In this document: one piece after another, positions 10,027 through 20,110 of the stretch
Layout of the letters: each line of letters begins with the position of its first letter
Numbering within the stretch: the first letter of the stretch is position 1
Origin: Clostridiaceae bacterium
Lineage (GTDB): Bacteria > Bacillota > Clostridia > Oscillospirales > Butyricicoccaceae
DNA: 64,000 nucleotides
Direction of reading: 5' to 3'
Assembly: GCA_034926865.1 (NCBI GenBank)
Contig: JAYFQP010000006.1
Coordinates: 67,297-131,296, forward strand
Translations under genes and position numbers: made by a program
Notes under the pieces: generated by a model
What the model was told of the DNA's origin: nothing
What the model saw: only the letters and a program-made list of their open reading frames with translations
The model's database searches: none

Positions 10027-10250
10027 CAGCACACAGCGCCCAAAGGCTTGCAAAGCTTTTTTTAGTATGGTTTACGTAGAAGCAAACGATAAAAAACAAC
10101 TCTCTGAGTTTGAGGGTGCCCTCGCATTTTCAAATATATAATAAATGCCGGCCAGCAAAGTGCCGTTCTTACCGGTATACGCTGGAAGAGTTTACAGATA
10201 AATGGAAGCCCGAAAACGACAACGGTAAGTATTGAAAAAAGAGATAATTT

Positions 10251-10281
10251 AAGGTGAGGAAAGCTACGCTTTCCTCACCTT
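10251..10281 (-). terminator. hairpin downstream of the methyltransferase gene
   Basis: Perfect 14-bp stem AAGGTGAGGAAAGC / GCTTTCCTCACCTT with a 3-nt loop. The T-run on the minus strand is displaced by about 10 nt. Confidence 0.5.
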
Positions 10282-10289
10282 ACTATGTA

Positions 10290-11051
10290 TTATTGCTTTT
10301 GAAGTTTTATTATCAAAAAGCTTGGAGTCTCGATAAAAGCAGTGTATTTTCGTGGAGAGGTTTTTTCCCAGTCTTCAGGGGATAGCGGCTCACGCATTTC
10401 TGTAATGATAAGTCCGCAGGCGGTTATTGCGTTTACATAATCGCTGAATGTATGATGAAAGCTTGTGCTTAAAAAGTTTTGGACTTCGTCATTGTATTCA
10501 ATCCATGGCTGAATATAGCATCTTTCACGCTTATCAAGATATCTTATATGCCAGTCATCATCGGATGGAGTATCTATACCGTTGCCGATAGGATATTGTG
10601 ATGTATATACCGGATTCATTACAGAGATAATGCATTGCCCTCCAGGGGTAAGAATCTCATAAATGTTTGAAAAAAGGTCTTTTAGATTCTCAATATAATG
10701 AGACACTGTGGAAGAAAAGATAAAATCGAACTTTTCATCAGTAAAGTGCTTTGCTATATCGCCTTTAATAAACTCCGCCCGAGAACAGAGCTTTTTGGCC
10801 TTTGCTTGGGCAAGCTTAATCATATCCGCCGAGAGATCGATGCCTGTTATTCTTGAGGGGCTTTTTCCCTCGAGCCAAAAAGTGAATCGTCCTGTTCCAC
10901 AGCCGAGATCTATAATGTTTTTTCCGTTTAAGTCAGGCAGCATCTTTTGAATGCAGGGCCACTCTATTTTATAGCTGTATGAGTTTTCTCCGGCGGTAAA
11001 TTCCTCATATGCCTGGGCCATCTTATCCCAGTTATGCTCGATGTCATTCAT
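10290..11051 (-). CDS. class I SAM-dependent methyltransferase
   Basis: 253 aa with motif I, IIDLGCGTGRF. Confidence 0.75.
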   Translation of the reverse strand: MNDIEHNWDKMAQAYEEFTAGENSYSYKIEWPCIQKMLPDLNGKNIIDLGCGTGRFTFWLEGKSPSRITGIDLSADMIKLAQAKAKKLCSRAEFIKGDIAKHFTDEKFDFIFSSTVSHYIENLKDLFSNIYEILTPGGQCIISVMNPVYTSQYPIGNGIDTPSDDDWHIRYLDKRERCYIQPWIEYNDEVQNFLSTSFHHTFSDYVNAITACGLIITEMREPLSPEDWEKTSPRKYTAFIETPSFLIIKLQKQ

Positions 11052-11236
11052 TTTCGTGCCTCCGTTTATAGGGGAAACCGTAGGTAAGGGCTTATGTAAG
11101 TACTATATCATACGATGTAGGCCTTAGCAATACGAGCTGTATTAATGATGTCAGCATTAACGAACAAAAGTTCTGTAAATGCTTGTATTTGCCTTTAATT
11201 AAGTGTAAAATACTGTTGTGAAAAGGAGAGGTTATA

Positions 11237-12106
11237 TTGCATAAGGTTAAAGCAAAAGGGATACTTTCGGCTTCCAACGGAATGAATATCTATAGGGGAT
11301 GTCTTCACGGATGTATTTATTGCGATTCCCGGAGCTGCTGCTATAATATGATGCATCCTTTTGAAGATATTGAAATTAAGGAAAACTGCATTGAGCTTCT
11401 TGAAGATGCATTAAAACGTAAGCGAAAACCCTGCATGATATCAACAGGCAGCATGACAGACCCGTATATTCCTCTTGAGCGGGAGCTTCGGTATACACGC
11501 GGGGTGCTTGAGCTTATAAACAAATATGGCTTTGGAGTTTGTCTTTTGACAAAATCATGTGATGTTTTAAGGGATATCGATATTATTAAAGAGATTAATA
11601 GCCGAACAAAGGCAGTTGTGCAGATGACGCTGACAACCTTTGACGACAATTTGTGCCGAATAGTTGAGCCAAATGTATCCGTGACCTCCGAACGCTTTAA
11701 AGCACTTTGCCGCCTAAGGGATGAAGGGATACCAACAGTTGTGTGGCTCTGCCCGATACTGCCGTTTATAAATGACACTGAGGAAAGTGTAAGTGGCATA
11801 CTTTCCATGTGCGCTGAGGCAAAGGTGAAAGGTATAATCACTTTCGGTATGGGCCTGACATTGCGAAGCGGCAGCCGCGAGTATTATTATGAACAGCTTG
11901 ACCGATATTTCCCAGGCCTTAAGGAAAAATATATAAAGGTTTATGGCGAGAGTTATGAGCTTCCAAGCCCCAACTCATCAAGACTTATGCGGCTGTTTGA
12001 TACTTTCTGCGATAAAAATGGCATACTGCATGATGCACGTGAGGTATTTGGTTATCTACGAGCCTTTGAGGATAAAGAGGAAACCTCTCAGCTCTCCATA
12101 TTTTGA
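11237..12106 (+). CDS. radical SAM protein (SplB/COG1533-like)
   Basis: TTG start with an AGGAGAGG RBS. CX3CX2C motif YRGCLHGCIYCDS lies near the N-terminus. Confidence 0.7.
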   Translation: MHKVKAKGILSASNGMNIYRGCLHGCIYCDSRSCCYNMMHPFEDIEIKENCIELLEDALKRKRKPCMISTGSMTDPYIPLERELRYTRGVLELINKYGFGVCLLTKSCDVLRDIDIIKEINSRTKAVVQMTLTTFDDNLCRIVEPNVSVTSERFKALCRLRDEGIPTVVWLCPILPFINDTEESVSGILSMCAEAKVKGIITFGMGLTLRSGSREYYYEQLDRYFPGLKEKYIKVYGESYELPSPNSSRLMRLFDTFCDKNGILHDAREVFGYLRAFEDKEETSQLSIF

Positions 12107-12217
12107 TTTTAAAAATCTATAATGCATGATTGATTTATCGATAAAGGCTATTTGCTTTATTTGGGCGGATACCATAAAATAATATACGGTAAAAATCATG
12201 TTTATAAGGAGAGTAAA

Positions 12218-13366
12218 ATGAAGCTTATTAAGGAACTGCCTGAGATATTCGAGGATTTTTCCGAACAAAGGAAAAAGTCTTTTGTAGAGGCTTATGAGCT
12301 TAAACAGCAGGGCATACCCTTCGTTGGAGGCTTTTGCACATATCTGCCAAAGGAAATACCCATGGCTATGGGGGCTTGCGTTGTGGGCTTGTGCTCAAAG
12401 ACAGGTGAGACGATCCCTGATGCCGAAAAGGATCTCCCGAGGAATCTTTGCCCTTTGATTAAGTCGAGCTACGGTTTTGCCAAGACAGATAAGTGCCCGT
12501 TTTTCTATTTTTCCGATATCATTATCGGTGAGACCACCTGCGATGGTAAGAAAAAGATGTATGAGATGCTGGGAACCTTCAAGAACGTTCATGTCATGGA
12601 GCTTCCAAATCGACAGACAGAGCAGGGCATGGAGCTTTTCAGAGGAGAGATCATAAGGCTTAAAGAGGTTCTCGAGAAGCAATTCGGAGTAGAGATAACC
12701 GAAGAGAAGATATCTAAAGCCATAAAGGAATGCAATGATCAGCGTACGGCGCTTAAGGAATTCTACGGCCTTCAGAAGATGGATCCGCCCCCAATGAGCG
12801 GCCTTGAAATGCACAGGGTTCTTTATGGAGTACAGTTCCGCTTTGATATACCCGGGGCTACCGAGGAGCTTCAGGCGTTTACGCAGAAAATACGGGACGA
12901 ATATGATCCGGAAAAATATAAGGGACGCAAGAGGATACTCGTTACAGGCAGCCCCATCGGCGGCGTAACCGAAAAGGTTATAGAGGCCATTGAGAATAAC
13001 GGGGGAATCGTTGTAACATACGAAAACTGCGGGGGTGCCCGCTCTATTGACGAACTCGTTGATGAAAGCGAGCCGGATGTATATAAGGCGCTTGCAAAGC
13101 GCTACATAAATATAGGCTGCTCCTGCATGACGCCAAACCCAAAAAGATTTGATCTTTTGGGCAGGCTTATTGACGAATACAAAGTTGACGCCGTTGTGGA
13201 GGTCATTTTGCAGGCCTGCCATACCTTTGCCATTGAGGCGTATCAGGTCAAGAAGTTCGTCACCGAGCAGAAGGACATACCCTACATCTGCGTTGAGACA
13301 GATTATTCCACTACCGATATCGGCCAGCTCAATACGAGGATAGGCGCCTTTATCGAGATGCTTTGA
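12218..13366 (+). CDS. 2-hydroxyacyl-CoA dehydratase / benzoyl-CoA reductase BcrC-BadD-HgdB family protein, single subunit (double-cubane-cluster-protein-like)
   Basis: 383 aa from the ATG at 12218 (GGAGAG RBS); the ORF-track start at 12152 is probably an upstream extension. Conserved Cys residues are spread through FCTYLP, GETTCDGKKK, ENCGGARS and LQACHTF. An activase gene follows 4 nt downstream. Confidence 0.65.
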   Translation: MKLIKELPEIFEDFSEQRKKSFVEAYELKQQGIPFVGGFCTYLPKEIPMAMGACVVGLCSKTGETIPDAEKDLPRNLCPLIKSSYGFAKTDKCPFFYFSDIIIGETTCDGKKKMYEMLGTFKNVHVMELPNRQTEQGMELFRGEIIRLKEVLEKQFGVEITEEKISKAIKECNDQRTALKEFYGLQKMDPPPMSGLEMHRVLYGVQFRFDIPGATEELQAFTQKIRDEYDPEKYKGRKRILVTGSPIGGVTEKVIEAIENNGGIVVTYENCGGARSIDELVDESEPDVYKALAKRYINIGCSCMTPNPKRFDLLGRLIDEYKVDAVVEVILQACHTFAIEAYQVKKFVTEQKDIPYICVETDYSTTDIGQLNTRIGAFIEML

Positions 13367-13370
13367 TATA

Positions 13371-14129
13371 ATGAATACGCTTAGCCTGGGAATAGATTGC
13401 GGCTCAACCACTGTTAAGGGGGCGCTCTTTGACGGGAAGAATATCGTTGATACACTGCTTTTGCCCACAAGCGCGAGACCTGCTGTCAGAATGATGGAGG
13501 TTTATGAGCGCCTTCATAATTCTGATGTTGGTTATGTGGTCACTACTGGATACGGAAGGGAACTGCTTGAGCAGTCGAACAAACGCGTGACAGAGATCAC
13601 GTGCCATGCCAAGGGAGCCGCATGGCTTGAGGGAGAGCTCGGCGGCCTCATAGATATTGGAGGGCAGGACAGCAAGGTTATTCTGCTGGATAACGACGGC
13701 AATGTCAGGGATTTTTTGATGAATGACAAATGTGCCGCAGGAACAGGGCGCTTTGTTGAGATGATGTGCCGCATACTTGAGTGTTCCGGCGAAGAGCTTG
13801 ATACCTTTGCACAGCACGGCAAACCTGTGGATATAACGAGCATGTGTACCGTCTTTGCCGAGAGCGAGATCATAAGTCTGCTGGCTCAGGGAGCCGACAG
13901 GGGGGATATAGCTCTAGGCGTTGTCAGGTCGATATGCAGGCGTACAGCTGCGCTGGCATCCCGCCTTCCAATGGAAGGAAAGGTATTTTTCAGCGGGGGG
14001 CTCGCGCGGTTCGAGGTTTTCAGGCAGAACCTTGAAGCATGTCTTGGAATACCTGTTGTGACCCATCCTCAAAGTCAGTTTTGCGGGGCAGTTGGTGCTG
14101 CGGTTATCGGGCGGAGATTCATAAAGTAA
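13371..14129 (+). CDS. acyl-CoA dehydratase activase (BcrAD/BadFG/HgdC ATPase family)
   Basis: 252 aa with an N-terminal LGIDCGSTTVKGALF phosphate-1 motif, and DKCAAGTG carrying the cluster-bridging Cys. Confidence 0.8.
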   Translation: MNTLSLGIDCGSTTVKGALFDGKNIVDTLLLPTSARPAVRMMEVYERLHNSDVGYVVTTGYGRELLEQSNKRVTEITCHAKGAAWLEGELGGLIDIGGQDSKVILLDNDGNVRDFLMNDKCAAGTGRFVEMMCRILECSGEELDTFAQHGKPVDITSMCTVFAESEIISLLAQGADRGDIALGVVRSICRRTAALASRLPMEGKVFFSGGLARFEVFRQNLEACLGIPVVTHPQSQFCGAVGAAVIGRRFIK

Positions 14130-14181
14130 TTGCCTGACAAAGCATCGATACAAACTAGCGTAGGCATAACAGTTGAATTGA

Positions 14182-14214
14182 CCGGCGAACGTGTGATGTT
14201 CGCCGGCCTTTTTT
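14182..14214 (+). terminator. intrinsic terminator after the activase
   Basis: CCGGCGAAC / GTTCGCCGG stem followed by CCTTTTTT. Confidence 0.75.
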
Positions 14215-14474
14215 CGGAGATACATATGGGACACAGCGGGGGTGTTGTGATTGATTCTAAGGTTTTTCTAAAGTAAATGTAATAAAACCTTTAACAATGT
14301 CAGGGTATTGTTGACAGAAGGGTAAGAAAGAGTAAAATGAACTCATGATTGCCGGAAAAGGAAATGCATGGCAGCAAAACTTTTCCAATAGCTCAGGGCA
14401 TATATGTATCTGCCTTTGAAGTTATGATGGCGTGCAGGGCGGATATTTAGGATAGATCAGAAAGAAGGTATTAA

Positions 14475-16172
14475 ATGTCAGAGACAAAAGAACAGGCAAA
14501 AACACCATCTGGAAAGACGGCTGACGAACAGCTTGAGAACATGATGTCGGGTGAAAAGAAAAAGAAACACAGAAGGTTGGCCATCATAGCGATCATAGTT
14601 GTGGCGGCACTTCTTTGGTTTGTTGTAAAGCCCATATTCTTCGGAGGAAGCGATTCAGTAGATACAGGATATATAAACTACACTGTTGAAAAACAGAATC
14701 TGACTATCTCAATAAGCGGAAGCGGAGCTCTTCTGCCGGCTGATTCTTATGATATCACAGCCCTTGTAAGCGGTGATATCCTTTCTGCTGATTTTGAGGA
14801 AGGCGATTATGTCAACAAAGATGACCTGCTTTATCAGATAGACAGCTCTGACGCTGAAAAGAGCATCGAGCAGGCCAAGATAAGCCTTCAGAACGCGCAG
14901 CTTTCTTATCAGAATACGCTTGATACTCTTGATGGCCTTGAGCCAAAGGCAACGGTATCAGGGCGGTTATCTAAGCTTTATGTCGAGGCTGGCGACGACG
15001 TGTCTTCCGGAAGCGCCATCGCCGATATAGCCGATACAGATAATATGGTTCTGAGCGTATATTTTCACAGCACCAATGCCGACGCTATTTTTAGCGGCAT
15101 GTCGGCCGCGGTAACGATGTCCGGCACAGGCGAGACGGTATACGGGACGGTGACCTCAGTATCCGGCATCACCACTGTGGGAACCGGCGGAGCGCTCCTG
15201 CGCGAAGTGAAAATAACTGTACAGAACCCAGGCGGCATTGCTGCCGGCGCAGCGGCAACTGCTGTGGTGGGCTCATATTCCTGCGCCCAGAGCGGAACCT
15301 TTGCGGCTAAGACATCCTCGACGGTTTATGCCTCTGTTTCGGGAACTGTGAGCAAGCTTTATGTAAGAGAAGGTGATCTTGTTTCCAAAGACGCTTCGCT
15401 TATGAAAATTGTCAGCGACTCGGCGAGCCGCCAGATTCAAAGCTCCGAACTGAGTCTCCATTCTTCTCAGATATCTCTTGAAAATGCTGAGAATACTCTT
15501 GATAACTATTCCATAAAGGCGCCTATATCTGGTACCGTTGTGGAAAAGAATCTTAAAGCCGGAGATAAGCTTGTGTCCTCCACCGCTTCAACCACTATGG
15601 CGGTTATTTACGATATGTCATATCTTACGCTTACACTTAATGTAGATGAGCTTGATATAAGCTCTATTAAGGTAGGGCAAAAGGTCACCATAGAGGCGCA
15701 GGCTGTTTCCGGTGAGACTTTTGAAGGCTATGTAGACAGAGTCGGCGTAAATGGAACAGTGGCATCGGGTGTCACCACATACCCTGTCAGAATCATTCTC
15801 ACAGACTATGAGGGCCTTATGCCCGGGATGAATGTCACGGCCGATATAGTAATAGATGAGGTCACCGATGCGCTTACGATACCGGTCAGCGCTGTCAGCC
15901 GCAACAATCTTGTGCTGCTTGCAGATGCTGCCAGCCAGGGTGATGAAGCAAACGGCGTGCCAGCCGGATACAGGCAGGTTGAGGTGAAGATAGGCAAGAG
16001 TACCGATGATTATATTGAAATCCTCAGTGGCCTTTCCGAAGGAGATAAGGTAGGAGTAAACGGCACGCCAACATCCGGGTCGGGATTCTTTGGCATGATG
16101 TCAGAGGATGAGCAAGAAAGTGCACCTCAAGGCGGCGAGAATGGGCCTCCACCTTCAGGAGGCAGAGACTGA
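14475..16172 (+). CDS. HlyD/MacA-type periplasmic adaptor (membrane fusion) protein
   Basis: 565 aa with an N-terminal TM anchor, lipoyl/coiled-coil/beta-barrel pattern and a Gly/Pro-rich C-terminal tail. Confidence 0.75.
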   Translation: MSETKEQAKTPSGKTADEQLENMMSGEKKKKHRRLAIIAIIVVAALLWFVVKPIFFGGSDSVDTGYINYTVEKQNLTISISGSGALLPADSYDITALVSGDILSADFEEGDYVNKDDLLYQIDSSDAEKSIEQAKISLQNAQLSYQNTLDTLDGLEPKATVSGRLSKLYVEAGDDVSSGSAIADIADTDNMVLSVYFHSTNADAIFSGMSAAVTMSGTGETVYGTVTSVSGITTVGTGGALLREVKITVQNPGGIAAGAAATAVVGSYSCAQSGTFAAKTSSTVYASVSGTVSKLYVREGDLVSKDASLMKIVSDSASRQIQSSELSLHSSQISLENAENTLDNYSIKAPISGTVVEKNLKAGDKLVSSTASTTMAVIYDMSYLTLTLNVDELDISSIKVGQKVTIEAQAVSGETFEGYVDRVGVNGTVASGVTTYPVRIILTDYEGLMPGMNVTADIVIDEVTDALTIPVSAVSRNNLVLLADAASQGDEANGVPAGYRQVEVKIGKSTDDYIEILSGLSEGDKVGVNGTPTSGSGFFGMMSEDEQESAPQGGENGPPPSGGRD

Positions 16173-16173
16173 T

Positions 16174-16887
16174 ATGATAGAGCTTACCGATGTTTATAAG
16201 CTCTATCATATGGGCGATAACGTTGTCAGAGCGCTTGACGGCATCAGCATGAATATTGACAAGGGTGAGTTTGTTGCCATTGTTGGTCAGTCGGGGTCTG
16301 GCAAGTCTACTTGTATGAATATTATCGGGTGCCTCGATGTGCCTACCTCGGGGACATATAAGCTTAATGGCATCGATGTTTCAACGATGAACGATAATAT
16401 GCAGGCCGTTATAAGAAATAAATTTCTTGGGTTCGTATTTCAGCAGTATAACCTTATCCCAAAGCTCAATGTTGTGGAAAATGTGGAGCTTCCTCTGCTT
16501 TATTCCGGGATGGGAGCCACTGAAAGACGAAGGGCAGCGCTGAAGGCGCTTGACCGGGTTGGGTTAACCGATAAGGCTAAAAACCGCCCTTCACAGCTTT
16601 CAGGCGGGCAGCAGCAAAGGGTTTCTATTGCAAGAGCCCTTGCAGGTGATCCCGCAGTTATTCTTGCCGATGAGCCGACGGGTGCGCTTGATTCTCATAC
16701 GGGGCGTGATGTTCTGGCTTTTTTGCAGGAACTAAATCGTGACGGGAGAACCATAATTTTGATAACACACGATAATTCTATTGCTGTGAAAGCCAGAAGA
16801 ATAGTTCGTTTGGCTGACGGCAAGATAGTTTTCGACGGCGACGCCACTGATCCTGGGGCGATCGTTGCGCCAAAGGAGGAGCAGTAA
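16174..16887 (+). CDS. MacB/LolD-type ABC transporter ATP-binding protein
   Basis: [24 protein letters not shown] and [11 protein letters not shown] motifs. I prefer the ATG at 16174, immediately after the adaptor stop; the track start at 16108 overlaps the adaptor gene. Confidence 0.85.
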   Translation: MIELTDVYKLYHMGDNVVRALDGISMNIDKGEFVAIVGQSGSGKSTCMNIIGCLDVPTSGTYKLNGIDVSTMNDNMQAVIRNKFLGFVFQQYNLIPKLNVVENVELPLLYSGMGATERRRAALKALDRVGLTDKAKNRPSQLSGGQQQRVSIARALAGDPAVILADEPTGALDSHTGRDVLAFLQELNRDGRTIILITHDNSIAVKARRIVRLADGKIVFDGDATDPGAIVAPKEEQ

Positions 16888-16890
16888 CGT

Positions 16891-18066
16891 ATGGGTTTCA
16901 GACAATCCTTTATGTTGGCGATTAAGTCACTTGCAACAAGCAAGGTAAGAGCTCTTTTGACTATGCTTGGTATAATTATTGGCGTTGCTGCCGTTATCGT
17001 TATAATCAGCCTTGGTGATGGCCTTCAGGCCACCATTACTGATAGCTTCGAGAGTATGGGAACAAATCTTCTTATGGTAAACGTTATGGGCAGAAACTCA
17101 TCAAGGCGTGTAACCGAAGAGGAGATGTTTGAGCTGGTCGACAAAAATACAGAGTATTTGTCGGCTGTCAGTCCGGTTGTATCAATCATCGGTACCACAA
17201 AAATCGGCAGTGAAGTACTTAAAACCACTACAGTAACCGGGGTGTCTGAGCAGTATGTTGAAATAAAAAATCTCGAGCTTTCTTCGGGAAGGTTTTTGCA
17301 GTATATTGATGTTCTTAAAATGGGCAAGGTATGTGTAATAGGATCGTATATAAACAAGGAGTATTTGAGTTCCAACGGCATTGGGCAAACCGTCAGGATA
17401 GCGGGAAACAATTATACTGTTGTAGGTATTCTTGATGAGAAGGCTGATTCTGCGGAAGGCACTGATGATGATTATATTTATATACCCTATACAAACGCCC
17501 AGCGAATAAACAGAAATGCCAAAACTACTTCTTATTATTTCAGCACCGTGTCAACAGATACAACTTCTGTAGCAAAATGGCTGATTGAGAATAAGCTTCA
17601 AAGCGTTTTTGAAGATAAAGACGCTTATAACATTATAAGCATGTCTGAGATGCTTAGCACAGTGACAGAAATACAGGATACTCTTTTGAGCGTTCTTGTT
17701 GCCATAGCCGGAATATCGCTGTTTGTAGGCGGAATTGGCATTATGAACATTATGCTTGTCTCGGTTACTGAGAGAACAAGGGAAATAGGTATAAGAAAGT
17801 CCTTGGGTGCAAAGCGTAGGGATATAAGGAGTCAGTTTATAATTGAAGCCGGAACGACCAGTGCCCTGGGCGGTGTAGTAGGAATCGGTGTTGGAATGGC
17901 TATGGCCAGCTTGGCGGGAAAAGCCGTTGGAATAACGGCTATTACTTCGGTTACATCAATTTCGGTATCTTTTGGGGTATCTTTGGCAGTCGGCGTGACT
18001 TTTGGATATCTGCCCGCTAATAAGGCAGCAAAGCTTAACCCTATTGATGCTCTGCGATATGATTAA
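16891..18066 (+). CDS. MacB-type ABC transporter permease (MacB periplasmic core + FtsX domain)
   Basis: 391 aa with an N-terminal TM segment, a large extracytoplasmic domain and a C-terminal FtsX-type 3-TM bundle. Confidence 0.8.
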   Translation: MGFRQSFMLAIKSLATSKVRALLTMLGIIIGVAAVIVIISLGDGLQATITDSFESMGTNLLMVNVMGRNSSRRVTEEEMFELVDKNTEYLSAVSPVVSIIGTTKIGSEVLKTTTVTGVSEQYVEIKNLELSSGRFLQYIDVLKMGKVCVIGSYINKEYLSSNGIGQTVRIAGNNYTVVGILDEKADSAEGTDDDYIYIPYTNAQRINRNAKTTSYYFSTVSTDTTSVAKWLIENKLQSVFEDKDAYNIISMSEMLSTVTEIQDTLLSVLVAIAGISLFVGGIGIMNIMLVSVTERTREIGIRKSLGAKRRDIRSQFIIEAGTTSALGGVVGIGVGMAMASLAGKAVGITAITSVTSISVSFGVSLAVGVTFGYLPANKAAKLNPIDALRYD

Positions 18067-18079
18067 GGGAGGAAATATA

Positions 18080-19930
18080 ATGAAAAAAACTTTTGTGGCG
18101 GGCCTGTGCCTGTGCATGATTTTATCAATGCTTACAGGGACTGCTCTTGCTGCGCCCTCTCTTGAGGAGGAAGTGCTGCCTGTGCTGGCAGTCATGGGTG
18201 TTATAAACGGAGATGAAAACGGAAATCTTGATTTGAGTGCCAGCGTTACAAGGGCGCAATTCGTAAAAATGGCTGTTGCGGCCTCAAAATATAAAACGCA
18301 GGGGCAGGCGGTTTCCTCCGTTTCGCCATACCCTGATGTGCCTGCTAAAGCCTGGTATTCGGGCTACATAACAACGGCAAGGGATAACAGCTATATTTCT
18401 GGCTATTTGGATGGCACATTCCGGCCTGATAATTATGTAACTTTAGAGGAAGCCATATCGGTTATGCTAAAGGTTATGGGCTATTCGGGAACGGATTTTG
18501 CAGCTGGTTATCCTGCGGCCCATATGTCACTTTACTATTCGCTTGACCTTGATAATGGAATGACGGCTGTGCAGGGCGGAATAATGAAGAGAAGCGACTG
18601 CGCTGTTCTGATATATAACTGCCTTAATGCAAAGGCAAAATCCGGGAAGATATACGCCAGCGAGCTGGGTTATTCGGTAGATTCTTCAAACAAGATAAAT
18701 TATGCGGCCCTGACGTCATCCTTGGCACAAGGGCCTGTAGTCAACAGTGGAAGCAGTATTTCATCACTTGTTGGGTTTGAACCTGTATCTGTCTATAAAA
18801 ACCGAAGGACGTCAAGCCTTTCAAGTATCGCTTATGGAGATGTGCTTTATTATATAAAAGATGTAAAGACGGTTTGGGCCTATTCAGATAAGATCAGCGG
18901 TACTGTACAGGCAATAAGCCCGTCTACGGCATCTCCTACTTCGGTAACAGTATCCGGAATAACATGCACTCTTGGAAGTTCCTCTGCCGTATACAGCTTT
19001 TCCGATTTAGGTACTGTAAAGGTGGGGGATAACGTCACCCTTCTCCTCGGCGTCGGAGGGCAGTGTGTATATGTCCTTTCCGGGGATTCTACCACGCAGA
19101 CGCTTTATGGCGTGGTGTCTTCTGTGGGAACAAAAACGGTAACGGACAGCTATGGCTCAAGTGTTCAGGATAACTATATAACAATCGCATCCACTGACGG
19201 CAATACATATAACTACTCCTATGACGGAAGCCTCGATGAAGGAGATGTGGCAAAGGTCGTTATTTCCGACGGAAAGATTTCCATATCAAAGGCAAAATCA
19301 AGTGTTACACTTTCGGGGACTGTTGATAATAAAGATCTTGGCAGTTATTCTATGGACAGCAGTACACAGATTATAGATTATCTTTCGGGAAGAGCGGTAA
19401 GCGTACCTGTCAGCCGGCTGGATGGCGTATATATTTCTCAGAGCAAGGTTGCTTTCTGTATGTTGGATGATGATGGCGTGATTGATAAGCTGATTCTTCA
19501 AAATGTGACAGGAGATAATCTGGATTACGGTGTAGCCACTACGGTAAATGAAAGCTCTGATATAATGGACGGCTCGAGCTCATATGTGTATATCGTAGAC
19601 GGTACCCAGAAGGTTTATTCCGCTCAGGTGACATATAATGTAAAAGAAGGTCCGTGTTCAATCGAGTATAAAAGTGATGGAACAGTAAAAAGTCTTTCTT
19701 CCCTGACCGGTAAGAAGGTGACCGCCATGGGTTCTTACACAATGACTCTTAGCGGAACAGGAGAAATGAAGAAGAGCGAGGATATTCAGACATATATCAA
19801 AAACGGAGACGAGTATTACCTTTCAAGCCTGATGAATGTAAGCCTTGACACACATACTCTGACGGCTTATTACGATAAGGAAGCAAAGAACGGCGGTTGT
19901 ATAAGGATAGTCATCGCAACAGAAAAATAA
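18080..19930 (+). CDS. secreted S-layer-homology (SLH) domain protein
   Basis: Signal peptide MKKTFVAGLCLCMILSMLTGTALA. Three SLH repeats (VTRAQFVKMAV; YPDVPAKAWYSGYI..GYLDGTFRPDNYVTLEEA). About 400 aa of Ser/Thr/Val-rich C-terminal region has no recognisable family. GGGAGG RBS. Confidence 0.7.
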   Translation: MKKTFVAGLCLCMILSMLTGTALAAPSLEEEVLPVLAVMGVINGDENGNLDLSASVTRAQFVKMAVAASKYKTQGQAVSSVSPYPDVPAKAWYSGYITTARDNSYISGYLDGTFRPDNYVTLEEAISVMLKVMGYSGTDFAAGYPAAHMSLYYSLDLDNGMTAVQGGIMKRSDCAVLIYNCLNAKAKSGKIYASELGYSVDSSNKINYAALTSSLAQGPVVNSGSSISSLVGFEPVSVYKNRRTSSLSSIAYGDVLYYIKDVKTVWAYSDKISGTVQAISPSTASPTSVTVSGITCTLGSSSAVYSFSDLGTVKVGDNVTLLLGVGGQCVYVLSGDSTTQTLYGVVSSVGTKTVTDSYGSSVQDNYITIASTDGNTYNYSYDGSLDEGDVAKVVISDGKISISKAKSSVTLSGTVDNKDLGSYSMDSSTQIIDYLSGRAVSVPVSRLDGVYISQSKVAFCMLDDDGVIDKLILQNVTGDNLDYGVATTVNESSDIMDGSSSYVYIVDGTQKVYSAQVTYNVKEGPCSIEYKSDGTVKSLSSLTGKKVTAMGSYTMTLSGTGEMKKSEDIQTYIKNGDEYYLSSLMNVSLDTHTLTAYYDKEAKNGGCIRIVIATEK

Positions 19931-19940
19931 TAGATATAAG

Positions 19941-19977
19941 AAGTTCCTCGTCTTATTAAAGATGAGGAACTTTTTTT
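19941..19977 (+). terminator. intrinsic terminator after the SLH protein gene
   Basis: AAGTTCCTCGTC / GATGAGGAACTT stem followed by a T-run. Confidence 0.8.
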
Positions 19978-20110
19978 ATGCATTTGGCATCTTTCTTTAA
20001 AAGTCAGAGAGGATAAAACAAGGTTTTTCATGAATTGCGGAGGAATATATTTTATTATAAGATATTTTGTGTTACAATTTAGAACATCAATGCTATGAGG
20101 TGAGAAAGCT

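Noticed and set aside
10027-10289. Short ORFs (MPASKVPFLPVYAGRVYR and MEARKRQR) after csoR
   Set aside because: They have no RBS, are very short and have no recognisable homology. They are probably a non-coding spacer or debris.
12395-13468. 357-aa minus-strand ORF
   Set aside because: It is antisense to the dehydratase-like and activase genes. It is a shadow ORF with no recognisable motifs.
16108-16173. Upstream extensions of track ORFs (16108, 18002, 12152, 36486, 40229, 60856, 56611, 58320, 50593, 54909)
   Set aside because: In each case an internal ATG with a proper RBS coincides with the conserved N-terminus of the family. The extension overlaps the preceding gene or leader.
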